Shown: one piece after another, positions 41,634 to 51,360 of the stretch
Numbering within the stretch: position 1 is the stretch's first letter
Layout: each line of letters starts with the position of its first letter
NCBI GenBank assembly: GCA_963743635.1
Contig: CAVUQO010000002.1
Location: 384,001-448,000, forward strand
Direction of reading: 5' to 3'
DNA length: 64,000 nt
DNA from: Candidatus Babeliales bacterium
GTDB taxonomy: Bacteria > Babelota > Babeliae > Babelales > Vermiphilaceae
Notes under the pieces: model-generated
What the model saw: only the letters and a program-made list of their open reading frames with translations
What the model was told of the DNA's origin: nothing
Databases searched by the model: none
Position numbers and translations under genes: made by a program

Positions 41634-42287
41634 ATGTCTAGTGTATAAGCAGAATGGTGAAACGATTTCCGTTGATGATTTGTGGCAGAATTTCGTTAAA
41701 AATGAACAATTAACCCCTCGAGCAGGAACAGCAATTTCGACACTATACTGAACTATTGTTGGAATGGAACGAAAAAACCAATATTACCCGTATAACATCA
41801 CTGGCTGATATTCTTGAGTATCATTACCGTGATGCCCTCCATTTGGACCGATTTATCGATATGCAGCAGATTAAAACTATCTGCGATATCGGCACCGGCG
41901 GTGGTATTCCGGGTATTCCCCTTAAAATTAAATATCCTCATTTGCACGTAGTATTGATTGAAGTTAATGGTAAAAAAATTGCTTTTTTGCGTGACCTCAT
42001 TGAGACGCTTGGCCTTAAAAATGTGGAGATCGTGGATCTTGACTGGCGCACCTTCCTCAGGCAAACAAATATGCCTATCGACCTTTTTGTCGCGCGGGCA
42101 TCGCTTCCCGTTGATTGAATTAGTCAGAGCATTGACTTCTGGTACTCCATACCATCATAGTACAATGGTATACTGGGCTTCGATGCGTTGGTTTCCCATT
42201 GAACAAGAAAAGGCATATATTAAGCGGGATGAAGCATACGAACTTGGAGACAAGATGCGGCGCTACATCTTTTTAAAAAGTGAGTAA
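41634..42287 (+). CDS. rsmG: 16S rRNA m7G527 methyltransferase (frameshifted)
   Basis: LLEWNEKTNITRI, HYRD, DIGTGGGIPGIPLKI, VARA; frameshifts near 41715 and 42110. Confidence 0.88.
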
Positions 42288-42334
42288 ATGTGTTGTGTTA
42301 GGATTGTGAAATTAAAGAAATGATGTAGCGCTGT

Positions 42335-42472
42335 ATTCCGTTTACCCATTCGAGACATTCTTCGTCCCGTTCCACGAGACTCAGAATCCTCAGGGCAAAC
42401 GGAAATAATATTCATCCCCGTTCGCCCTGAGTAGTGCGTAAGCACGTATCGAATGGGTTAGGGGATAAAAGT
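42335..42472. repeat. Paired inverted REP-like element
   Basis: Close relative of 2385-2530 with the same flanks (…ATCGAATGGGTTAGGGGATAAAAG). Confidence 0.8.
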
Positions 42473-42531
42473 ATAGCTAGCATTTTATTAGAGTGGCATA
42501 CTCGTAAAACGAAACGTTTTGCCGGAGAATT

Positions 42532-43935
42532 ATGATGAAGAAAAATTTACTGATGAGTTACATAGCAGGCATTTTTGATACCAAAAATGGTGAGCGCTAT
42601 GACAAAATAATTCGACTTTTCTTGCCGGAATTTGTCATTGCATTCCTGATTTACTTCCTTCCCTTATGGCTTGATGCGTATTTTATTGCCAAACATGGAT
42701 CGTGCTACTACCTATGGTACGGTGGGGATGATCAATAATTTGCTGCATTTTATTATGAAGATTGCAGAAGGGATATCGGTTGGTACCGTCATTCTGTGTG
42801 GTTTTTATAATGGGAAAGAAGAATTTGAAAATGTAGGCCGGTCGTTACGTGATGCCTTTTGGATTACCGTGATAACCGGTTTTTCTTTTGCAGGTTTGCT
42901 ATATGCGAGCGCCGTGCCGCTTTGTGCCCGCTATCTACCGGACGATATGCTGAATATGGGGGTTTCGTTCTTGCGGTTGCGCGTTATCGGCGTACTCTTT
43001 ATGTTTATCAGTTTTGCCTTTATTGGTTTTTTACGTGGTATAAAAAATACGCGCGTTCCAATGCAAATTTATATTGCGGGCGTACTTACCTTTATTATTG
43101 CGGATTATATTCTGATTTTTGGCCATTTCGGGTTCCCTGAATTAGGTATGACCGGATCGGCAGTTGCTACCATACTCCAGTACGTTGTTATGTCTGTCTA
43201 TGGCATGGTTTATGTGCTTACCAATCCTGAATACCGCATGTATGGCATCAATCTTTTGAGCAGCATCACTCATCAGGGCCAGTTAATCCGTTTAATGCAG
43301 CTCAGTTGGCCAGTGGTACTCGATAAGGCTACGTTGGCCGGAGCCTATATTTGGCTTGGTGCCATGTTTAAAGATATTGGGCAATATACCGTCGTTACCT
43401 TTTGCGTTGTGAAAGATATGGAACGGCTTGCCTTTTTACCTGCAATCGCATTTGCACAGGTTATTACCTTTTTGGTGAGTAACGATTATGGGCAGGGCAA
43501 TTGGACAGGGATTAAAAGCAATATTAAAAAGGTTGCATTCCTTGCTTCCTGTATGGTGTTTGTGATCATCGGGGTTCTCATTATGAATGCAGAACTCATG
43601 ATTCGTTTATTTGATAAGAGAGGGGAATTTACCCCATTGGCAGCGGCAGTTTTCCCGGTTATGAGTGTACTTCTCTTTTTTGATTTGGTACAATTGCTCC
43701 TGGCTGGTGCGCTACGTGGCGCTTCAAATGTACGGTTGGTTATGTTGGTTCGCCTCATCATATGTGGCGGCTTTTTCATTCCGGTATCATATCTCTGTTC
43801 AGACTTCCAATCGAGAGTGTTGCACTTAAATTTATGCTCGTTTATGGATCATATTATGTGGGCAATCTCTTAATGAGCGTCATATACATACGGCGCCTTA
43901 GTAGCGAAGAATGGAAAAAGAAAGCATCCCTCTAG
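42532..43935 (+). CDS. MATE family efflux transporter (frameshifted at both ends)
   Basis: About 12 TM segments; FLRGIKNTRVPM, LIFGHFGFPELGMTGSAVAT, GALRGA. Confidence 0.88.
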
Positions 43936-43944
43936 AGGAAAATC

Positions 43945-44232
43945 ATGACAAAAATTTCAAAAGAAGAAATGTTGAAAATAGCACGCATGTCCCATTTGGA
44001 ACTGCATGAGGATGAAATCCCTGCATTGATCAAACAGTTGGATGACGTATTGAGTTATGCAGAACGAGTGAAGGAAATCACCGTGCATGTCTCTGAACCT
44101 TCAACGCGCAATGTAAACGTATTTCGAGATGATGTGGTAACGCCCAGTGATGCTGAGCCGATACTTGCACAAGCTCCTGAACGTGAAGGTTCTTATGTGA
44201 TAGTTCCCGCCATTTTAGAGCACAACGAGTAA
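43945..44232 (+). CDS. gatC: Asp/Glu-tRNA amidotransferase subunit C
   Basis: IARMSHL, NVFRDD, QAPE; directly upstream of gatA. Confidence 0.92.
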   Translation: MTKISKEEMLKIARMSHLELHEDEIPALIKQLDDVLSYAERVKEITVHVSEPSTRNVNVFRDDVVTPSDAEPILAQAPEREGSYVIVPAILEHNE

Positions 44233-44245
44233 AGGAGCAGCAGAC

Positions 44246-45697
44246 ATGCAATCATTGGCTTTTGCGAGCATTAAAACGCTTAGAGAATCATTAGACAAAA
44301 AACAAATTTCAGCAACAGAACTGTTGCAGTATTCGCTCAATCGTTTCAAGACGTACGATCAAAAACTTGGTTCGGCACTTGAAGTTTTTGATGCGGAATC
44401 AATTATGCGCCGCTCAAAAGAGACAGGCATTCTTGCCGGTATTCCCGGACTCATTAAAGATAATATTGCACAAGAAGGGCGCAAGCTGACCTGTGCTTCA
44501 AAGATTTTAACCGGTTTTTCCGCAATCGATGATGCAACCGCAATTTCCCGACTCAAAGAGCAGGGCGCTTTGTTGGTTGGACGCGCTAACATGGACGAAT
44601 TTGCGATGGGAAGTTCAACAGAAACTTCAGCATTTCAAAAGACCATGAATCCGTGGAATCTTGAATGCGTACCGGGTGGATCGAGTGGTGGTTCGGCTGC
44701 GGCAGTTGCTGCAGGATTTGTACCGTGGTCGCTCGGATCTGAAACGGGTGGGTCAGTACGTCAGCCGTCTGCGTTTTGTGGCATAGTGGGCATGAAACCC
44801 ACCTATGGCTTAGTATCTCGTTATGGTCTGGTGGCATATGGTTCATCGCTTGACCAAATTGGTATCTCAACGCGCACCGTTTATGATAATGCGCTCGTGA
44901 TGTCCGTCATGGCGGGGAATGATCCCAAAGATTCTTCAACGCTCGCCGTTGGGCCACAAGATTACACGAAGACGCTCAATGGAAAACTGCGCGATGGTCT
45001 TAAAATTGGGATTGTCAGCAACGCGATTAATGCAGCAGGCATGGATAGTGAAGTGGTCGCGGCAATCGAAGCAGCAGTTGCAACGCTGCAAAGGCTCGGT
45101 GCTCAGGTCAGCACGATTGCATTACCAACGCTTGATTATAGTGCAGCGGCATATTTCATTATTAGCCGTGCAGAAGCAGCATCAAACCTTGCTCGTTTTG
45201 ACGGCGTACGCTATGGATTGCGCGATAAGACTGCCAAGACTCTTTCAAAAATGTACTTTAACACACGCCATGATGGTTTTGGTGCCGAAGTTAAATCACG
45301 CATTTTAATCGGTAACTATGTGTTATCTGCTGGTCATTCAGGAGATTTCTATGGTAACGCTAAGATGGTGCAACGATTAATTCGTCGTGAATTCCTTGAA
45401 GCATTTAAAGGTGTTGATCTTTTAGTGATGCCTACTCATCCGGCACCCGCATTTAAGTTCGGTGCATTTGACGTCGATAAGTTGCAAATGGATCTGCAAG
45501 ACTATTTCACCTGCGCGATGAACTTAGCGGGTATTCCTGCCATCTCAATTCCGTGCGGTTTTACGAAGAGCAAGATGCCGATTGGATTCCAGATTGTTGG
45601 GCCGCATCTTTCGGAAGATCTCATCTATCAAACGGCACATGCGTATGAGCAGGCTACTACATGGCATACCATGCATCCTGACATGTTCAAAGATTAG
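44246..45697 (+). CDS. gatA: Asp/Glu-tRNA amidotransferase subunit A
   Basis: IKDNI, MDEFAMGSS, PGGSSGGSAAAV, GGSVRQP, SNLARFDGVRYG. Confidence 0.97.
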   Translation: MQSLAFASIKTLRESLDKKQISATELLQYSLNRFKTYDQKLGSALEVFDAESIMRRSKETGILAGIPGLIKDNIAQEGRKLTCASKILTGFSAIDDATAISRLKEQGALLVGRANMDEFAMGSSTETSAFQKTMNPWNLECVPGGSSGGSAAAVAAGFVPWSLGSETGGSVRQPSAFCGIVGMKPTYGLVSRYGLVAYGSSLDQIGISTRTVYDNALVMSVMAGNDPKDSSTLAVGPQDYTKTLNGKLRDGLKIGIVSNAINAAGMDSEVVAAIEAAVATLQRLGAQVSTIALPTLDYSAAAYFIISRAEAASNLARFDGVRYGLRDKTAKTLSKMYFNTRHDGFGAEVKSRILIGNYVLSAGHSGDFYGNAKMVQRLIRREFLEAFKGVDLLVMPTHPAPAFKFGAFDVDKLQMDLQDYFTCAMNLAGIPAISIPCGFTKSKMPIGFQIVGPHLSEDLIYQTAHAYEQATTWHTMHPDMFKD

Positions 45698-45718
45698 ATG
45701 CATACATTTAAACAATAA

Positions 45719-45755
45719 GAAAACGGCCCCGAGATTAATTTCCCGGGGCCGTTTT
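45719..45755. terminator. Intrinsic terminator
   Basis: AAAACGGCCCCG...CGGGGCCGTTTT hairpin after gatA. Confidence 0.75.
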
Positions 45756-45794
45756 CTATTGTATAGCAAGACTTACTAAGCAATGCATATTTAT

Positions 45795-45985
45795 CCCTTA
45801 TGTCCCGCGTTACGCCCTGCCGGGCTACTAGGGACGAACGGGAGTGGATATTTATTTCAAGAATTAGGTTTTTTGATATGAATTTATTTATATTTTTCCC
45901 TTTAATAATGCTTAATCTAACTAAAAATTCCCATCCCCGTTCGTCCCTAGTAGCCCGCAAGGGCGTAACGCGGGATATAAGGGGG
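45795..45985. repeat. Long inverted repeat (~50-bp arms, AT-rich spacer), REPIN-like
   Basis: CCCTTATGTCCCGCGTTACGCCC...GGGACGAACGGG and its reverse complement. Confidence 0.85.
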
Positions 45986-46069
45986 GAACGTAAATTTGTG
46001 CACTGCTTAAAACAAGAAGCTATATATATTCATTTCATCCTGAGTAGGGCGGTAAGCCCTATCGAAGGG

Positions 46070-46585
46070 TTAAGACCTATACGAATTCACCTTCGCCTTT
46101 AAATACAACGTCGCGGCTGCTGCCGTCGTGAGTATCGCAAGATTCGTAATCCCGATATGCATTGCCGCCGTGAGGCCGATAATGCTGGCAGTTCTTGCTT
46201 GAAGCGGAAAGTTGTAAGGATTGTGCGTATTATTCTCAACATGTTCGCGTGCTTTTTCTAATGCCGTTGCGAGTTGAGCGTGTCGTGCTCTTTCTGCTGG
46301 AGTTTTCGCAGTTTTGCCGAGCTGGTTATGATCAGCGATCGTCTCATTTATGTAGTTGAGATATTCTGTTTTTACCGCCACTGACTTCGTAATTTTTTCC
46401 CACTGAGCGTAATCCTCATCGGTGTCTGGTATGAAACAATCTATGTGCTTTTCAAGATCGTTCCTCTTATTGCAGTTATCGATACGCGCTTTCCAATCCT
46501 TTAAGTCCTGTTCTGAAAAGTTGGCGCTGACGGTGCATGAACCAAATATCAGCATGGCAACGATAAGAGTGTTTATTTTTTGCAT
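46070..46585 (-). CDS. Secreted hypothetical protein with hydrophobic C-terminus
   Basis: Signal peptide; AAGGA RBS. Confidence 0.7.
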   Translation of the reverse strand: MQKINTLIVAMLIFGSCTVSANFSEQDLKDWKARIDNCNKRNDLEKHIDCFIPDTDEDYAQWEKITKSVAVKTEYLNYINETIADHNQLGKTAKTPAERARHAQLATALEKAREHVENNTHNPYNFPLQARTASIIGLTAAMHIGITNLAILTTAAAATLYLKAKVNSYRS

Positions 46586-46668
46586 AATAAATCCTTGAAT
46601 AATGGATTGTATGTATGGTAATGCTCATACGATATCGAAATTGGGTAGGTAGTGCAAGATAAGGAGTT

Positions 46669-47454
46669 ATGATGAAAAAATATATGATACTGATCACCTT
46701 GCTGAGTTCTGGTTTGGTACATCACGCACGGGCAATGGATGAGCATTTGGCATCAATGGCAGGGCTTATCGATGAAGATGGCGATGAGGCGAGAACGGAG
46801 CAAAAGGAAGAAAGATATTATGCTTTTTATTTCGCTCGAGAGAAGCGAGACAAATTTGCGCATATGTGTCTTGAGGATGATTATAAAGGCGTTAAGGACT
46901 ATTTAGAATCTCATACGGATCCAATTCCAGTGCAGCAGTATGGCATTTCATTAATACATTATGTAACAACCGCCCGTGTCGCAGTATTGCTGGAGAGGCG
47001 TAGAGACATTACGCTCGATGCTCGCGATCAGTATGGTTCCATACTGCATTGGGCAAATAAGATTAACGCCTGTACACCAATGTTATTGAAGTACGTTATT
47101 AGACGCTATTGTGAAGAGGAAAAAACACTTGATATCAACGAAAGGCGCAATATAGATGGTGAGACGGTACTTCATCAATGGGCCAATGGAGTGGCATGGT
47201 CGCATCCAAGCGATCTTCCAGTAGTTCGAGAAAAGTTGCAGATATTACTTGATGCGGGAGCAGATTGCACACTCAAAGACAACAAGGGAAGATTGCCGCT
47301 TGATCTGCTTGAGCATGAGTTGCGTGGGTGGGTGTCTCGTGGTGACTGGAAAGAAAAGGAAGCCTCCTTTCAAACGCTCATTGATGATTTGAAAAAGGCA
47401 ATGGATGCGCGTAAGAAGTCAGGCAATTGGTACATGATTATTTTTCACAATTGA
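46669..47454 (+). CDS. Secreted ankyrin-repeat protein
   Basis: Signal ends ARA|MDE; DGETVLH, LLDAGADCTLKDNKGRLPLD. Confidence 0.8.
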   Translation: MMKKYMILITLLSSGLVHHARAMDEHLASMAGLIDEDGDEARTEQKEERYYAFYFAREKRDKFAHMCLEDDYKGVKDYLESHTDPIPVQQYGISLIHYVTTARVAVLLERRRDITLDARDQYGSILHWANKINACTPMLLKYVIRRYCEEEKTLDINERRNIDGETVLHQWANGVAWSHPSDLPVVREKLQILLDAGADCTLKDNKGRLPLDLLEHELRGWVSRGDWKEKEASFQTLIDDLKKAMDARKKSGNWYMIIFHN

Positions 47455-47617
47455 CTTTGGTAGTGCAAAATGCACGTATCGACTGCGTGCGACGTAGCTA
47501 AAAGCGTAGACGTAAGGGCTTGGATCGATTTTTTTATTGAAGCTATTGTTGTTGAGCGGGCTTTTGGGGTATGGTGAGGTATGATATTGGAAGTGCCGCA
47601 ACATCCAAAGGAGCACG

Positions 47618-48508
47618 GTGAATCTACGATGGATTATAGCAGTAATGGTTCTGTGTTATGTATCTGAAAGCATGACCAGTACGCAAAAAGAGAAACAGGC
47701 CCGTAGAGCGCGTCATGTGCTGGGGGAAGAAAGAAAAAAACAGCAAAAAGAGCAAGAAGCCTTGAAGCCACAGTGTCCATACTCGAAACCGGTCAATTTA
47801 TTTGCAAGCATCTTGAAAGATGTATTTGAAATACACATTAATCTTGCAACATTCGATTTCTTTCGCATAGTGGGTGCAGTATTTCCTGCATTCGTAGCCC
47901 TTCGCATGCATGATGAAAAAATTCATAGCCATTTTTACGATGCAGATCACCACAAAAATAAAAATCAGTGTGTTTTTTTAAATCACTTTGTTGCGCAAGA
48001 GGCAATAGCCATTCCTATTCTCGCATTGGCGAGTCTGAGTGTCTTTTCTCATGATGAAGATTTGCGGGCAACGAGCCGCGTATTTGCAATCGGTATGCCG
48101 TTCGTGCTTATAGCGAAAGATATTATCAAGCAAATACGCTTTAAAGCGGCGTATCGACCTTATTGTGAGTATTTCCCCAAAAAACCCAAACATGTTTGTG
48201 GTGGATTTCCATCGGGCCACATGGCAGAAATGGGTTACATGACGGTGCTCTATAGCATGCGCCATGGCGTTAAGTTTGCAGTGCCGCTGACGGCGCTTTC
48301 AATTTACGTCGGTGCAACGTTTGTGTCTTGTAACCGGCACTATGCATCACAGATTGCAGCCGGTGCTGGACTCGGTGCGCTCTATGCCGTTGCTGCGAGC
48401 CATGTGATTGACGCCAAATTGGAACATAACAGACTCAAACAGTTTGAGATGGGCATGGATACCACGTCGAATGGAAATCCTGCGCTATCGTTCAATTATA
48501 GTTACTAA
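47618..48508 (+). CDS. PAP2-family phosphatase
   Basis: K......RP, FPSGH, RHYASQI. Confidence 0.8.
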   Translation: MNLRWIIAVMVLCYVSESMTSTQKEKQARRARHVLGEERKKQQKEQEALKPQCPYSKPVNLFASILKDVFEIHINLATFDFFRIVGAVFPAFVALRMHDEKIHSHFYDADHHKNKNQCVFLNHFVAQEAIAIPILALASLSVFSHDEDLRATSRVFAIGMPFVLIAKDIIKQIRFKAAYRPYCEYFPKKPKHVCGGFPSGHMAEMGYMTVLYSMRHGVKFAVPLTALSIYVGATFVSCNRHYASQIAAGAGLGALYAVAASHVIDAKLEHNRLKQFEMGMDTTSNGNPALSFNYSY

Positions 48509-48574
48509 TATAAGATGCGAAGACAATAAAAAGCCCCTCGGTATTATATCGAGGGGCTTTTTGAATAGTTTACG

Positions 48575-49135
48575 TTAGTTAGGATTGTCTGGGGTGCGGG
48601 AACCTCTGCTTGGATTTCTATTTTCGCTTTGAGTGCGCCGTGGTGGTAAAAATGCGCGTATTCTTTCAAATGCCTCGGCTCCCGTTATTTCGCCTCTATC
48701 TACGGCAGCAGCAGCTTGATTAGCCGCTTCCGTCAAAGCAGTATTTGGTGTATCTCTTAAGGGGACTGTAGTGACTGGTGGAGTCGGTTGTGGCATCTCT
48801 TCTGGTGGTGTTGCTGCGAGCGGCGTGTCGCCTCGAATAGGCATTATTGTTCTTACCGGCGTTCCTGCGCGTGAGCCACTTCTCGAAGTGCTACCTGAGC
48901 GGGTTATATCTTGCAGAGGAGTTCTTGGAATAGATATCTGTACGCCCCGCGGTGTTTGAGGTTGTCCGCCAGGAATCGCGATTGGTGCTGTTGGGGCTGG
49001 ATTTTCAGTATCAAGCGTTAATTCTTCAAGAGGTATTCCCAAGTTGTCGGGGCTTTGATTATCTCGTTCCATGCTGTAGGCAGTTGTGCTGGCTAATACT
49101 ATCAGGCAGCTCATTAATAGGTTATTTAATGTCAT
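48575..49135 (-). CDS. Secreted Pro/Thr/Ser-rich disordered protein
   Basis: Signal ends AYS|MER; many TP/SP sites. Confidence 0.7.
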   Translation of the reverse strand: MTLNNLLMSCLIVLASTTAYSMERDNQSPDNLGIPLEELTLDTENPAPTAPIAIPGGQPQTPRGVQISIPRTPLQDITRSGSTSRSGSRAGTPVRTIMPIRGDTPLAATPPEEMPQPTPPVTTVPLRDTPNTALTEAANQAAAAVDRGEITGAEAFERIRAFLPPRRTQSENRNPSRGSRTPDNPN

Positions 49136-49377
49136 AGAGTCCCTTCTTTCATTGATTATCATTAATAATTCTTAGGTATTACTTTAATGTATATACCCAG
49201 TATGGAACATTCATATGCTTATTGTAAAGAGTTTTGCCGCTATACGAGTTGCCTGGGCAATTTTTCATGCCTGCCTTCCCGGCCGGATGACCGAAAGAAC
49301 GGCGAAAGCATAGACGGATAAGCCCCAAATCATGTATACTAAAAGCATAGTTTAATCCCTAAGCCTGTACGATATTC

Positions 49378-50355
49378 ATGAATTTCTGGCAAGAGCCATT
49401 TAAAATCGGCTCTCTGACGGTGCCGCGCTTTATAGCTGGACCGTTAGATGGCATCACCGATTCCCCGTTTCGTCGCCTCGTGCGTCACTATTCCCTTGAG
49501 GAACTCCAGTATACGGAGATGCGTCATGTGGGTTGTGTTGCCAATGATAAAGGCGGCAAACGATCTCTGCGCTTTGACGTCAATGAACGGCCTCTCAACT
49601 ATCAAATTGCCGCAAACAGCATCGATTTTATTGATGCGGCCATTGAGAGAATCTTAGCAAAAGGGGTTGATGCACTCGATCTTAATGTGGGCTGTCCAGC
49701 CAAAAACGTCATACACACCGGTTCTGGTTCTGCATTAATGGGCGATTTACCTCGTTTGAAGGCGATTGTGACCCGCTTGCGCGAAAAAACCGGAACCATT
49801 CCGTTTACGGTTAAAATTCGTGCTGGTTTTAAATGCGTCAATGCCGTTGAAGTTGCGCAAATGCTTCAAGATTGCGGCGTCGATGCAATTGCGCTTCATC
49901 CGCGCTTACAAAAACAAAAATTTGAAGGCCAACCAGATTACGCGCTTGCTGCAGAAGTTAAAAAAGCGATCTCTATTCCGCTCATTATTTCGGGTGGTGT
50001 GGTGAACTGGAAAACGGCCAAAATGGTTCATGAAATGACGGGCGTCGACGGCTTTTTAATCGGTCGCGGCATTTGGGGTAAACCATGGAAATTAAAAGAA
50101 TTAAAAGAACACGCTGCCGGTAATGAATATAAAGTTGATACCAAGATGGTAATTGACTGTGCGTTGAAACATTTTGAGTATATGCTTGAGTATTATGGAC
50201 CGCATGGGTTATATGCATTTAGAAAGCATTTGCCATTTTATGTCCGTGGCGTTTCAGAAGCAGCAGCATTACGTACAAAATTAATGGTCGAAGAATCGGC
50301 CGACGTTATTAAAGAGGGACTGTTGTATATTGCAGGGCAAGCGGTGGATAAATAA
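49378..50355 (+). CDS. dus: tRNA-dihydrouridine synthase
   Basis: PLDGITDSPFR, YTEM, LNVGCP, GSGSAL, TVKIRAG, IGRG. Confidence 0.92.
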   Translation: MNFWQEPFKIGSLTVPRFIAGPLDGITDSPFRRLVRHYSLEELQYTEMRHVGCVANDKGGKRSLRFDVNERPLNYQIAANSIDFIDAAIERILAKGVDALDLNVGCPAKNVIHTGSGSALMGDLPRLKAIVTRLREKTGTIPFTVKIRAGFKCVNAVEVAQMLQDCGVDAIALHPRLQKQKFEGQPDYALAAEVKKAISIPLIISGGVVNWKTAKMVHEMTGVDGFLIGRGIWGKPWKLKELKEHAAGNEYKVDTKMVIDCALKHFEYMLEYYGPHGLYAFRKHLPFYVRGVSEAAALRTKLMVEESADVIKEGLLYIAGQAVDK

Positions 50356-50444
50356 ATAACCCTTCGCACAATTTTTATTTTTACCCTCTGGAAAAAAATA
50401 AAAATCACTCAGGGCGAACGGGGTTTTGTTAAAAAAGGAGAATA

Positions 50445-51269
50445 GTGGGCTATCGATTATCATTGCGCACCATAAGCTTATGGATCATAGGCATTGCGTT
50501 ATTTTCACTCGCCATTCATCGCGGCATACGCGTTGCGCAACCCTCAATCTGGGAATATACCAGCGCATACATAACCTATCCTTTCCTGCGCGTTTCAAGC
50601 GCCATCATCACACCCATAACTCAATGGTTCTACGAACGAGATTTAGCGCGCAATCTTTTAGCGCGTCACAAACAATTACTTGATGATTATACTGATCTGC
50701 GCCAAGAGTATATTCGTTTTCGCGCTGCACACGATATTCAAGATGATGCGCAAGAGCTCATAGACTTCAATAAAGAATGTAATGAAAATCCCGGGCATAT
50801 CGCCCAAATTATGATGCGCCATATCGCGGATCAATCTCAGTATTATCTCGTTGATGCGGGTGCGCATCATGGCATAGAGCCTGATATGGTTGCGCTCTAC
50901 AAAGATTGTTTGGTGGGGCGCGTCACGCACGTCTATCCTTACTACTGCAAAGTAGTACTCATCACTGATGCACATTGCAAGATTGCTGCGTATTGCAGCG
51001 AAACAAAAGCAACCGGCATTCACGAAGGCTTGAATAACATTAATGCCACGACGCTGCGGCATGTTAGCCATTTAGCAACGATGCAAGAAGGGGATTTAGT
51101 TCTTTCTTCTGGCGAAGGACTCATCTTTCCCCGTGGTTTTGCAATCGGCACGATCGAATCATGCAGTCATGATCGCCTGCTTTATTCAATTACGGTAAAA
51201 CCATTACTCGATTTTAATACGCTGCAATACTGCACACTCATGCGGCGCGGCGAGTTATCCCGGCCGTAA
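50445..51269 (+). CDS. mreC: Rod shape-determining protein MreC
   Basis: TM segment, coiled coil, LVGRV, VVLITD, GDLVLSSG..LIFPRGFAIG. Confidence 0.9.
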   Translation: MGYRLSLRTISLWIIGIALFSLAIHRGIRVAQPSIWEYTSAYITYPFLRVSSAIITPITQWFYERDLARNLLARHKQLLDDYTDLRQEYIRFRAAHDIQDDAQELIDFNKECNENPGHIAQIMMRHIADQSQYYLVDAGAHHGIEPDMVALYKDCLVGRVTHVYPYYCKVVLITDAHCKIAAYCSETKATGIHEGLNNINATTLRHVSHLATMQEGDLVLSSGEGLIFPRGFAIGTIESCSHDRLLYSITVKPLLDFNTLQYCTLMRRGELSRP

Positions 51270-51295
51270 TTAGATCGAGTTCATTCACTCTGTGC

Positions 51296-51323
51296 TTGAC
51301 TATGCTTTTAGGATTGTTATAGA
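51296..51323 (+). promoter_or_regulatory. Sigma70-like promoter TTGACT-N16-TATAGA (extended TG), duplicated at ~52963-52990
   Basis: Identical sequence upstream of both YVTN genes. Confidence 0.55.
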
Positions 51324-51360
51324 ACATATCCTATATCCAACAATCATAACCGGAGAGTAT

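Noticed and set aside
29900..43935. Cluster of frameshifts in secD, lig, rsmG, MATE and the 29.5-kb gene, suggesting genome decay or programmed frameshifting
   Set aside because: Indels concentrate in one interval, hit normally essential genes, often lie in homopolymers, and motifs are otherwise intact. Low-coverage long-read consensus error is the simplest explanation; read polishing would decide.
45694..46102. Two opposite-strand ORFs with similar peptides (RATRDERxW...HxRSSLVARxGVTRDIR)
   Set aside because: Artefact of translating the long inverted repeat.
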